Source of the DNA: Corynebacterium glutamicum ATCC 13032
GTDB lineage: Bacteria; Actinomycetota; Actinomycetes; Mycobacteriales; Mycobacteriaceae
Assembly: GCF_000011325.1 (NCBI RefSeq)
Contig: NC_003450.3
Span: forward strand, 2,100,001 to 2,132,000
DNA: 32,000 bases
Reading direction: 5' to 3'
The number at the start of each line of letters is the position of its first letter. The stretch's first letter is position 1. The notes beneath the pieces were generated by a model, which ran no database searches, was not told the DNA's origin, and saw only the letters and a list, made by a program, of their open reading frames with translations. The translations under genes and the position numbers were made by a program. This document shows positions 16,916 through 25,088 of this stretch, in pieces.

Positions 16916-18313
16916 ATGTCTGAGCAGCCAGCTTCCATTAAGCATTATGACCTCATCATCATTGGTACCGGCTCTGGAAACTCCATTCCTGGACCAGAGT
17001 TTGATGATAAATCAATTGCCATCGTGGAAAAGGGTGCTTTCGGCGGAACTTGCCTCAATGTGGGCTGCATCCCTACCAAGATGTACGTTTACGCTGCGGA
17101 TATCGCTCAAGAAATTCAGGAGTCTGCTCGCCTGGGTATCGATGCGACGGTCAACAGCGTGGATTGGCCTTCCATCGTCAGCCGCGTTTTCGACAAGCGC
17201 ATCGACCTCATCGCGCAAGGCGGCGAGGCTTATCGACGTGGCCCCGAAACTCCAAACATCGATGTGTATGACATGCACGCATCGTTTGTTGATTCCAAGA
17301 CAATCTCCACTGGTATTGCCGGCCAAGAACAGCTGATCAGCGGTACTGACATTGTAATCGCAACCGGCTCCCGCCCTTACATCCCTGAAGCTATTGCAGA
17401 GTCCGGCGCACGCTACTACACCAACGAAGACATCATGCGCCTGGCACAGCAGCCTGAATCTTTGGTGATTGTTGGTGGCGGTTTCATCGCTTTGGAATTT
17501 GCTCACGTTTTTGAAGCGCTTGGCACCAAGGTCACCATCCTCAACCGCTCTGACGTGCTGCTGCGCGAGGCAGATGCAGACATCTCCGCGAAAATCCTCG
17601 AGCTTTCCAAAAAGCGTTTCGACGTCCGCCTCAGCACTGCGGTCACCGCAGTACACAACAAGGCCGACGGCGGCGTGAAGATCTCCACCGACACCGGCGA
17701 CGACATCGAGGCAGATATTTTGCTCGTTGCCACTGGTCGCACCCCTAACGGCAACCAAATGAACTTGGACGCCGCAGGCATCGAGATGAACGGTCGTTCC
17801 ATCAAGGTTGATGAATTCGGTCGCACCAGTGTTGAAGGCGTGTGGGCGCTTGGCGATGTCTCCTCCCCTTACAAGCTCAAGCACGTAGCCAATGCGGAAA
17901 TGCGAGCAATCAAGCACAACCTTGCCAACCCTAATGACCTGCAGAAGATGCCACATGATTTCGTGCCATCAGCTGTTTTCACCAACCCTCAGATCTCGCA
18001 GGTCGGCATGACTGAGCAGGAGGCGCGTGAAGCTGGCCTCGACATCACTGTGAAGATCCAGAACTACTCTGATGTGGCTTATGGCTGGGCCATGGAAGAT
18101 AAGGATGGATTCGTTAAGCTCATTGCCGATAAGGACACCGGCAAGTTGGTCGGCGCGCACATCATTGGTGCTCAAGCCTCAACACTGATCCAGCAACTGA
18201 TCACTGTCATGGCATTTGGAATCGATGCACGAGAAGCTGCAACCAAGCAGTACTGGATTCACCCTGCTCTTCCAGAAGTCATCGAAAACGCTCTTCTGGG
18301 GCTAGAGTTTTAG
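16916..18313 (+). CDS. mtr: Mycothione (mycothiol disulfide) reductase, pyridine-nucleotide disulfide oxidoreductase class I
   Basis: FAD motif IIIGTGSGNS, redox-active disulfide GGTCLNVGCIPTK and C-terminal HPALPE dimer-interface motif. Start placed at the ATG at 16916 (AGGAG 8 nt upstream, 465 aa), not the ORF-track start at 16865. Confidence 0.92.
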   Translation: MSEQPASIKHYDLIIIGTGSGNSIPGPEFDDKSIAIVEKGAFGGTCLNVGCIPTKMYVYAADIAQEIQESARLGIDATVNSVDWPSIVSRVFDKRIDLIAQGGEAYRRGPETPNIDVYDMHASFVDSKTISTGIAGQEQLISGTDIVIATGSRPYIPEAIAESGARYYTNEDIMRLAQQPESLVIVGGGFIALEFAHVFEALGTKVTILNRSDVLLREADADISAKILELSKKRFDVRLSTAVTAVHNKADGGVKISTDTGDDIEADILLVATGRTPNGNQMNLDAAGIEMNGRSIKVDEFGRTSVEGVWALGDVSSPYKLKHVANAEMRAIKHNLANPNDLQKMPHDFVPSAVFTNPQISQVGMTEQEAREAGLDITVKIQNYSDVAYGWAMEDKDGFVKLIADKDTGKLVGAHIIGAQASTLIQQLITVMAFGIDAREAATKQYWIHPALPEVIENALLGLEF

Positions 18314-18316
18314 AAG

Positions 18317-18336
18317 CTTACGCAGCCGTAAGTTTT
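18317..18336 (+). terminator. Short candidate terminator after mtr
   Basis: CTTACG-CAGC-CGTAAG followed by TTTT, starting 4 nt after the stop. The stem is only 6 bp. Confidence 0.35.
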
Positions 18337-18735
18337 GAGTATCGAAAAATTTCCACGTCAAGTTAACTGCGTTAATAAAGGTGGAGAATAAGTTGTTTCC
18401 AAGATCAATTCAAGGAAAGTTGCATTTTCGCAGGTCAGTGTTACCCCCTAAGACTACCCCTTTCCATTGCATACAAAGGAAATACATATAGACTTTTGGG
18501 CATTAGATTACCTCGATAAAAGTTTAGGGAATCTAAATTCATTGATCAAGACTTGCTGTCGCCTAGCTCTAATTCACTTGAGCCCGGCTGCTAAAGGTCA
18601 AGATCATTGAATGCACTACTTGCTAGCAGTCATCTGAAAAAACGACGTTGGTTCGTAGTCGCTGGAAATTTAATAATTCCTCCGTCCCCTTCAACTAGGG
18701 GGTGGAAACCCGACTATTTCCGAAGGACTATTCTC

Positions 18736-19083
18736 ATGCGTTCTTTCCGTACCGCGGCAGTTGCAGGCCTTACTGCAGTTGCACTTTCCGTAGGTTCCGC
18801 CACCGTGGCAACTGCGGAAGAATCTGATCAAAACCTCTCATCCGGCTTCTCAGCACTTTCTTCCGGTGGCGCAGCGGCCGTAGGTGAGGACTGGGATGCA
18901 GACCAGCCCGTCACAGGTGAAGACATCTTTGGTGAAGAGCACGAGCGCGATAACGAAAACACCCCAGCGTGGGCTAAGAACATGTACGATCTAACCGTCT
19001 TGGGTGGCATTGCTTCCCTTCTCGGTGTCATCGTATTCCCCGCTTACAACTACTTGGTTTACACCGGTGTTATCAAGGGCTAA
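18736..19083 (+). CDS. Small secreted acidic protein with a C-terminal membrane anchor (paralog 1)
   Basis: Start placed at the ATG at 18736 (GAAGGA upstream, 115 aa). Sec signal MRSFRTAAVAGLTAVALSVGSATVATA/EE, an acidic low-complexity middle, and a C-terminal hydrophobic helix ending VFPAYNYLVYTGVIKG. Paralogous to the next ORF. Confidence 0.7.
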   Translation: MRSFRTAAVAGLTAVALSVGSATVATAEESDQNLSSGFSALSSGGAAAVGEDWDADQPVTGEDIFGEEHERDNENTPAWAKNMYDLTVLGGIASLLGVIVFPAYNYLVYTGVIKG

Positions 19084-19138
19084 ATCGCCTAACCTCTATC
19101 TTCATCTATAGCTTAGCTTTACTGAAAGGCTTTTCATC

Positions 19139-19498
19139 ATGCGTAAATTCCGCAACACTGCAATTGCACTAGTTTCTGCAGCTGCAATCACCTTGGGTGG
19201 CGTTACCGCTGCTACCGCTCAGGAAGACGAAACTCCTCCTGCAGCAGAGACCGAGACCACTTCTCCTTCCGGTTCCTCAGGCTCTTCCTGGAACGACTAC
19301 AACGAAGAGTACGAAGGCGACCAAGAGGGCTACGGAATCGACGGCTTTGGTTCTTCCCGCGATGACTCCGGAGAAGAAGTTCCACGTTGGTTGGAGACCT
19401 GGGGCAAGGTATTTGACGCTTTGACCATTACCTCCGTTCTTGGTCTTGTTGTCTTCCCTGTTGTTAACTTCCTGAAGTACAACGGCCTCATTAAGTAA
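19139..19498 (+). CDS. Small secreted acidic protein with a C-terminal membrane anchor (paralog 2)
   Basis: 119 aa with GAAAGG upstream. Signal MRKFRNTAIALVSAAAITLGGVTAATA/QE, an acidic Ser/Gly/Glu/Asp-rich middle, and C-terminal LGLVVFPVVNFLKYNGLIK. Same architecture as the preceding ORF. Confidence 0.75.
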   Translation: MRKFRNTAIALVSAAAITLGGVTAATAQEDETPPAAETETTSPSGSSGSSWNDYNEEYEGDQEGYGIDGFGSSRDDSGEEVPRWLETWGKVFDALTITSVLGLVVFPVVNFLKYNGLIK

Positions 19499-19525
19499 TC
19501 TGCAATTTCCTGTCAAATTGCTAAA

Positions 19526-19557
19526 GGCATTAATCACATGTGGTTAATGCCTTTTTT
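19526..19557 (+). terminator. Rho-independent terminator after the paralog pair
   Basis: GGCATTAA-(10-nt loop)-TTAATGCC followed by TTTTTT. Confidence 0.75.
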
Positions 19558-19627
19558 GATTGCGTAGACTAGGAAGGTACGTCAACTTCCATATCTTTAG
19601 TTTGCGAAAGCGATCAACTTAAAACAC

Positions 19628-20359
19628 GTGTCCGGTTTTCTTACTCCCCCAGCTACACCCCATATTCGGACGGCAACTGCCAGTATTGCTACCGCAGTTG
19701 CCGTAGCACTGTCAGTGTTCGCTGCTGCACTCATTCCAGGAAGCGCTCTGTATTCTGTGCTGACCGCTGGAGGGGTGGCACTTGGAGCAGCATCAGGCGT
19801 TGCCGCGTTACGCCATCGCGGAGGGCTTCGCATTTTTCAATGGCTGTCTGCGCTTGGTGGAATCGTCATTTTGCTGATCGGTATCGTAGTGGCAGTTGCA
19901 AAGTTTGGGGCCTCGGCAAAACTTGCCACGTTAGGCCTGGTGACCTCGTATTATCTCATGCCGTCTGCGGCATTGGCCTGTTATATCGGAGGGCTTGGCC
20001 AGCTACCAGCCAAATGGATTGCGCCAGCGTTTATGGCTACGGCTGGTGCAGGTGCTGCGGGATGGTTTTCATTGGGGGCAGGCACCGGTTTTGAACGGTT
20101 CCTCATTGCTGTTGCAGCGGTGTTTTCACTGATGGGATGTGTATACCCAGTGTGGGGATGCGTCGTAAAGCGTCCACGTCAAGTGGCTGCATGGCTGGTC
20201 GCGCTGGCGGCCCTGGTGCTTGGGGCGCTCATGCTTTTTATGGTGAGCATGGTGGTGGCGCCGGGTTTGCTGTGGCTGCAGCCCACGACGGTCGCATGGG
20301 GTTTTATGATTGCCGGGGTTCTTGCGACGGTCGCAGGCTTGTGGCCTAGGCGTTTTTAG
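19628..20359 (+). CDS. Gly/Ala-rich polytopic membrane protein of unknown function
   Basis: 243-aa ORF from a GTG with no clear SD. It is almost entirely hydrophobic helices (about 7-8 predicted by eye) with no recognisable motif. Its stop overlaps the map stop. The start is uncertain. Confidence 0.6.
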   Translation: MSGFLTPPATPHIRTATASIATAVAVALSVFAAALIPGSALYSVLTAGGVALGAASGVAALRHRGGLRIFQWLSALGGIVILLIGIVVAVAKFGASAKLATLGLVTSYYLMPSAALACYIGGLGQLPAKWIAPAFMATAGAGAAGWFSLGAGTGFERFLIAVAAVFSLMGCVYPVWGCVVKRPRQVAAWLVALAALVLGALMLFMVSMVVAPGLLWLQPTTVAWGFMIAGVLATVAGLWPRRF

Positions 20360-21240
20360 ACGGAATCGTCTGGGAGGGTGAGGATCTCATTGCCGTCTTC
20401 GGTGATGACAATGGTGTGCTCGAACTGCGCGCTGAACTTACGGTCAACGTTTTGGACAGTCCAATCATCTTCCCAGATCTCGTAGTCGAGGGAACCAAGG
20501 TTGATCATTGGCTCGATGGTCAAGGTCATGCCTGGCACGAGCAGATCGCGGTACTGAGTGTTGTCGTAGTGCAGCACCACAAGGCCGTTGTGGAAAGTTG
20601 GGCCGATGCCGTGTCCGGTGAAATCGCGGACCACGTTGTAGCCAAAACGCTTGGCGTAAGACTCAATGACACGCCCAATGACGTTGATTTCACGTCCAGG
20701 CTTTGCTGCACGGATGGAACGCATCATGGCTTCTTCGGTGCGCTCAACCAGCAGGCGGTGTTCTTCAGAAACATCACCCGCTAAGAAGGTGGCATTGCAG
20801 TCGCCGTGGACGCCGTGCTTGAACGCGGTGACATCGATGTTAACAATATCGCCCTCTTCAATGACGGTGGAATCAGGAATACCGTGGCACACGATCTCAT
20901 TGAGGGAAATGCATGAGGACTTGGTGAATCCCCGGTAACCAAGATCTGAAGGGTATGCGCCCATATCGCAGGTGTACTCATGCACAATGCGATCAAGTTC
21001 ATCAGTGGTCACGCCTGGCTTGACGGCTTCGCCCGCGATTTTCAGTGAGTTTGCAGCGATGCGAGATGTCTCACGCATCTTCTCGATGACCTCAGGGGCC
21101 TGCACAAAAGGCTCACCGATTGCTTCTTGGACTTCGTCCTTCCACACATATTCTGGACGTTCAATATGTGCAGGTACTTCCCTGATTGGGGTAGGAATTC
21201 CGGGTACAAGTGGTGCGCGCATTTTAGACATGGTCACCAT
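20356..21240 (-). CDS. map: Methionine aminopeptidase type I (actinobacterial Ic-like, with a Pro-rich N-terminal extension)
   Basis: MetAP motifs: CHGIP, metal-ligand context DIVNIDVT and FTGHGIG, and the EPM segment [10 protein letters not shown]-terminal extension [14 protein letters not shown]. The start could be the ATG at 21240 or at 21231. Confidence 0.92.
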   Translation of the reverse strand: MVTMSKMRAPLVPGIPTPIREVPAHIERPEYVWKDEVQEAIGEPFVQAPEVIEKMRETSRIAANSLKIAGEAVKPGVTTDELDRIVHEYTCDMGAYPSDLGYRGFTKSSCISLNEIVCHGIPDSTVIEEGDIVNIDVTAFKHGVHGDCNATFLAGDVSEEHRLLVERTEEAMMRSIRAAKPGREINVIGRVIESYAKRFGYNVVRDFTGHGIGPTFHNGLVVLHYDNTQYRDLLVPGMTLTIEPMINLGSLDYEIWEDDWTVQNVDRKFSAQFEHTIVITEDGNEILTLPDDSV

Positions 21241-21292
21241 GCTAGTCGCCTGAAGCGATGACAGGTAAAGCGGGTTGGATGGAGGCTATTTT

Positions 21293-23161
21293 TTAGCCGA
21301 CTGGCTGCTCTTCAGCTTCACTGACTGCAACTTCTCCCCCTGCGCGAAGCTCATCGAGTTTCACAAAGAACTGATCTGTCACAGCGGCAGCCGCTTCGGA
21401 GCCTCCGCCCAACACCACGAGGGTGGCAAAAGCGATGTCATCTTCGCGGTAGCCGGTGAACCACGCATGGGAGCCTTCGTTGATTTCGGCTTCACCTGTC
21501 TTTGCGTAGATCTGGCCACCGGTTTGGCGCATGCCACGAGCGGTACCGTCATTGACCACGGATTTCATCATCCGCTGCACATTGGCAAGGACTTCTGGAT
21601 CAAGCGCCAGAACTTCTTCACTGGCAACAGTTTCATGTCCAGAAATCAGCGTTGGCGTGGGAACTGAACCGGTGGCTGCAGTGGAGGCGACCAACGCCAT
21701 GCCAAAGGGACTTGCTAGGTCAAGACCCTGGCCGTAACCAGATTCGGTACGGTCCAACACGATGTCACCTTCAGGCACCGATCCCGTCATGGTGTCAAGG
21801 CCTGGGATTTGATAATCAATTCCGAGGCCAAACTGCTTAGCCACATTTTTCAGTTGGCCTGGCTCCAAGTTGGTGGAAATATCCGCGAAAGTGGTGTTGC
21901 ATGAATTGGCAAAAGCATCATCCAATGAGGTGTTGCCCAAGGAGAAGCTGTTGTAGTTGGTGACAATTCGGCCGTAGATATTCATGGTGCCAGGGCATGG
22001 CACAATGCTGTCTGGAGTTAATCCTTCATGCGCCAACCCCGCGGCTGCAGTGATGATCTTGAATGTCGATCCCGGTGGGTATTGTCCCATCAGCGCAACA
22101 TCGCCGTCTTTGTCAGCTTCATCTGTTTGGGCCACTGCGAGGATTTCACCAGTGGATGGCCTCATGACCACCATCATGGCTTTCATCTCAGCGCGCAGGT
22201 CTACGGCTTCTTCCGCTGCTCGTTGAACGTTGTGATCCAGGCTGATCCTCACGCTGGGGGCAAGCTCTGGGGCGTCGTAGGCGATATCATCAATCACCGC
22301 ACCATTGGAAGTGACAATGGAGGCGCGCCAACCATTGGATCCTTCTAATTCATCTTCCACAATGCGCGCAACGCGAGACACAATATCCGGAGCAAAACCT
22401 GGGTCGGTGGCTACCATGGATGCTTCCTCATTGAACGTCAGCCCCGGAATCCCCGCTAGATCCTGTTCCATGCGGGCACCCAAATTGGCATCAACTGTGG
22501 TGAGTGAATAGGTGGAATCGCCAAGATTGCTCATAATGTCTTCGACATCAAGGGTGTTCACATTCTCATCAGTCGCATGGGCTTCATTCAAATAATCTGC
22601 CACCCTCTTGACCACCACATCGGCATCCCCTGCGCTGGGATCAACCAAAACTCGGTAGATACTTCCCGGCGCGAGAACCGGAGCTCCATCGGAGGAAATT
22701 ACGTTGGCTCGCTGCGCTTCAATGGCGCGCAATTCCAGGTGCTGGTTGGCGCCCAGTTTGGGGTGCACGAGGGAAGGTTCCCAACGCACTGTCCATTCGT
22801 TGCGCATCTTGGTCAGCGTCATCGATGAGTCGTAGGAAACTTCTCTGTCTCGGGGAAGCTTCCACACCACGGAGAAATTGGCGGTGGCGATGGTGTCCCG
22901 GGAATCCACGGAATCCAAAGTCAGTTCAACGCTGTCTGCTTGCAGACCATCGAAACTGGTGCTGAGCATTTCTGTGGCAAGGTCAGCTTGGTCGGTGATG
23001 TCCGCAATAGTGTCGAAATCTTGCGATGCCCAAGCTTGAAGGAATTCCTCTGCGATGGGGTCTGCGGTATCAGGACGAGGTGTGCACGCGGTCAGGCTTC
23101 CTCCAGCAAATGCCACCGTCATGCACAACGCCATCAGTGACCTGCGCTGCACCTTGTTCAT
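21293..23161 (-). CDS. Penicillin-binding lipoprotein (class B-like transpeptidase with an NTF2/MecA_N-like N-terminal domain)
   Basis: 622 aa. Signal peptide with lipobox L-T-A-C. Transpeptidase motifs STFK (SxxK), SCN (SxN) and KTGE (KTG). Confidence 0.9.
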   Translation of the reverse strand: MNKVQRRSLMALCMTVAFAGGSLTACTPRPDTADPIAEEFLQAWASQDFDTIADITDQADLATEMLSTSFDGLQADSVELTLDSVDSRDTIATANFSVVWKLPRDREVSYDSSMTLTKMRNEWTVRWEPSLVHPKLGANQHLELRAIEAQRANVISSDGAPVLAPGSIYRVLVDPSAGDADVVVKRVADYLNEAHATDENVNTLDVEDIMSNLGDSTYSLTTVDANLGARMEQDLAGIPGLTFNEEASMVATDPGFAPDIVSRVARIVEDELEGSNGWRASIVTSNGAVIDDIAYDAPELAPSVRISLDHNVQRAAEEAVDLRAEMKAMMVVMRPSTGEILAVAQTDEADKDGDVALMGQYPPGSTFKIITAAAGLAHEGLTPDSIVPCPGTMNIYGRIVTNYNSFSLGNTSLDDAFANSCNTTFADISTNLEPGQLKNVAKQFGLGIDYQIPGLDTMTGSVPEGDIVLDRTESGYGQGLDLASPFGMALVASTAATGSVPTPTLISGHETVASEEVLALDPEVLANVQRMMKSVVNDGTARGMRQTGGQIYAKTGEAEINEGSHAWFTGYREDDIAFATLVVLGGGSEAAAAVTDQFFVKLDELRAGGEVAVSEAEEQPVG

Positions 23162-23215
23162 GGAGTGAAGATTAGCAGCGTGCGCTGGTGTGATCGGTTA
23201 CCAACACGTGTGCGT

Positions 23216-23848
23216 CTAGATAATTCCGCGCTGTCTGGCTTCAGCTACCGCAGCTGTTCTAGAGGTGACATCCAGCTTGTTGAACACATGCCCCATGTGA
23301 CTTTTCACCGTGGCCTCAGTGAGGAAAAGTTTCTTGCCGATTTCTCTATTGCTTTGCCCTTGCGCCACCAAGGACAGCACTTCAATTTCTCTGGCACTGA
23401 GAGCAGTCATGGGGTTGTTCATCCGCCCCATGATCTTGCTGGCGACCTGCTTTGAAAGCACTGATTCTCCCCGCGCGGCATCGCGAACACCGGCAATGAG
23501 ATCTTCTGGGGAGCTATCTTTGAGCAAATACCCCACGGCACCAGCAGATACTGCGCCCACCACATCGCCGTCTGTGGAGTAGTTGGTCACCACCAGTACC
23601 TGTGGCGGGTTGTCCAGCGCACGGATGCGACGCGTTGCCTCTACCCCGCCGGCGACCTCGATGCCTGGTTGATCACCAAAACGCAGATCCATCAACACCA
23701 CATCCACCCCGCCTTCCGCGGCGCGCGCAACGGCATCATCTGGGGTGCCCACCATGTCCACTATCTCAAAATCATCTTCACTCACCAGCAAGGAGGCAAG
23801 GCCTGCGCGAACAACGGGATGATCATCAGCCAACAGAATACGGATCAC
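23216..23848 (-). CDS. chrA: NarL/LuxR-family response regulator of the haem-responsive two-component system
   Basis: 210 aa. Receiver domain with DD at residues 8-9 and phospho-acceptor D54 (VVLMDLRF). C-terminal LuxR helix-turn-helix (LSAREIEVLSLVAQGQSNREIGKKLFLTEATVKSH). The gene name rests on the context with hrtBA, as I recall it for C. glutamicum. Confidence 0.85.
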   Translation of the reverse strand: MIRILLADDHPVVRAGLASLLVSEDDFEIVDMVGTPDDAVARAAEGGVDVVLMDLRFGDQPGIEVAGGVEATRRIRALDNPPQVLVVTNYSTDGDVVGAVSAGAVGYLLKDSSPEDLIAGVRDAARGESVLSKQVASKIMGRMNNPMTALSAREIEVLSLVAQGQSNREIGKKLFLTEATVKSHMGHVFNKLDVTSRTAAVAEARQRGII

Positions 23849-24996
23849 TTATCTTGGTCCTTTTGTGGATAGGGAAAACGGGCGGAAATTCCAGTTCCCG
23901 ATCCGATTGTAGATTCAATAATTATTGTTCCGCCCAGCCCTTCAGCCCGGCGTTGCGCTGTGGGCAGTCCAATGGATTTTTTACGGATCACTTCTGCCAC
24001 ATCAAATCCCTGCCCATTATCGATGACATCTAGAAGTATTTGATCATCTTGATATGTCAGGGTCATTTTTGCAGAATCTGCCTGTGCATGCCGCACCACA
24101 TTTCCCAGCAGCGTTTGGGCAATTCGTACGATCTCTGCCTCCATCGCATCAGGTAATACCCGTGGGGATCCGTCGACTTCAAACGTGATGTTCTGTCCCA
24201 TCGGGGTGGTCGACGACAGTCTGGCCAACGCCACCGGCAGATCCGCCCCAATGAGTGGAGTCGGTTGCAGCGCAGCAATGATCTGCCTGGTCTCCGCCAA
24301 ATTATCAGCTGTCGTTTGCCTGGCCAACCGTATATGGCTTAACGCCTGCGGATCATCCACCCGTTTTTCCGCCGCATGCAACAACATCTGAATCGAGGAC
24401 AACCCCTGCGCCACAGTGTCATGTATTTCGCCCGCTATGCGGGCTCGTTCTGCCTGCTCGCCAGCGCTTTTCGACGCCCGGATCGCCGACGCACGTGCGT
24501 CGACAAGCTCCTTTAAGGCTTGTGCCAATAACTGAAAACACGTACCCATTACCCACGCCACCAACGCGCCAAGGATCGGACCGGTGACAACGCCAACAGA
24601 AAACCCCAGGTGCATAGCCAACGTAACCACCGCGATCGCCGTCAGTATTGCAATGATGATCGCGGATTTCAGCGGTGTCGTGATCAACACTGCGAGGAAA
24701 AACATCGGAAACACCAAATACGCAGGCTCCGGTCCATCCCAAATCAGGCTCGCCCACAACAAACTCAGCACAAGAAACCACGCCATAGGGTGATTCTTAA
24801 ACGGCGAATTCGGGACCACACCCGCCACATAAACCACGCCATAGCCAAAAGCGAGCACCCACACACCCCAATGGCTGGCACGCCAACACACCAACACCAA
24901 CAAAACGGCAATGAGTAAATGCAATCCCCAAATGAGAACTCTCTCAATTCGGGCGATGGTCGCTTGGCTAGTTTTCACGCCACCACGATAGATCAA
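23845..24996 (-). CDS. chrS: HisKA_3-type sensor histidine kinase with a multi-TM N-terminal (intramembrane-sensing) domain
   Basis: H-box RIAGEIHDTVAQGLS, an HATPase_c-like C-terminal region (DNGQGF, GLGG), and about 6 N-terminal TM helices with no large extracytoplasmic loop. ATGA overlap with chrA. The ORF-track start is a TTG at 24996; a GTG at 24978 is an alternative. Confidence 0.8.
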   Translation of the reverse strand: MIYRGGVKTSQATIARIERVLIWGLHLLIAVLLVLVCWRASHWGVWVLAFGYGVVYVAGVVPNSPFKNHPMAWFLVLSLLWASLIWDGPEPAYLVFPMFFLAVLITTPLKSAIIIAILTAIAVVTLAMHLGFSVGVVTGPILGALVAWVMGTCFQLLAQALKELVDARASAIRASKSAGEQAERARIAGEIHDTVAQGLSSIQMLLHAAEKRVDDPQALSHIRLARQTTADNLAETRQIIAALQPTPLIGADLPVALARLSSTTPMGQNITFEVDGSPRVLPDAMEAEIVRIAQTLLGNVVRHAQADSAKMTLTYQDDQILLDVIDNGQGFDVAEVIRKKSIGLPTAQRRAEGLGGTIIIESTIGSGTGISARFPYPQKDQDK

Positions 24997-25088
24997 CTAA
25001 GTATGAACGCGAATCCGACTTTGGTCGTACTGCAAGAATCGACCAGAGCCCGATTAAAAAATGCCCCCGCGCAACGAAACTAGTAATC
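24997..25088. promoter_or_regulatory. Divergent chrS / hrtB control region
   Basis: 92-bp spacer between divergent operons. Contains CGAC-TTTG-GTCG (25016-25027), AATCG-N9-CGATT (25037-25055) and the direct repeat GAATC(C)GAC (25011-25019 / 25036-25043). No SD precedes the hrtB ATG. Which element is the ChrA site cannot be decided here. Confidence 0.55.

Noticed and set aside
17012-17956. 314-aa ORF antisense to mtr
   Set aside because: Shadow ORF. The mtr frame carries the FAD/NAD and redox-disulfide motifs.
18393-18491. 32-codon basic ORF (TTG start, GGTGGAG SD) in the AT-rich region
   Set aside because: It is too short and has an unremarkable composition, so it cannot be called a gene without ribosome-profiling or conservation evidence. 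It is mentioned only within the finding on that region.
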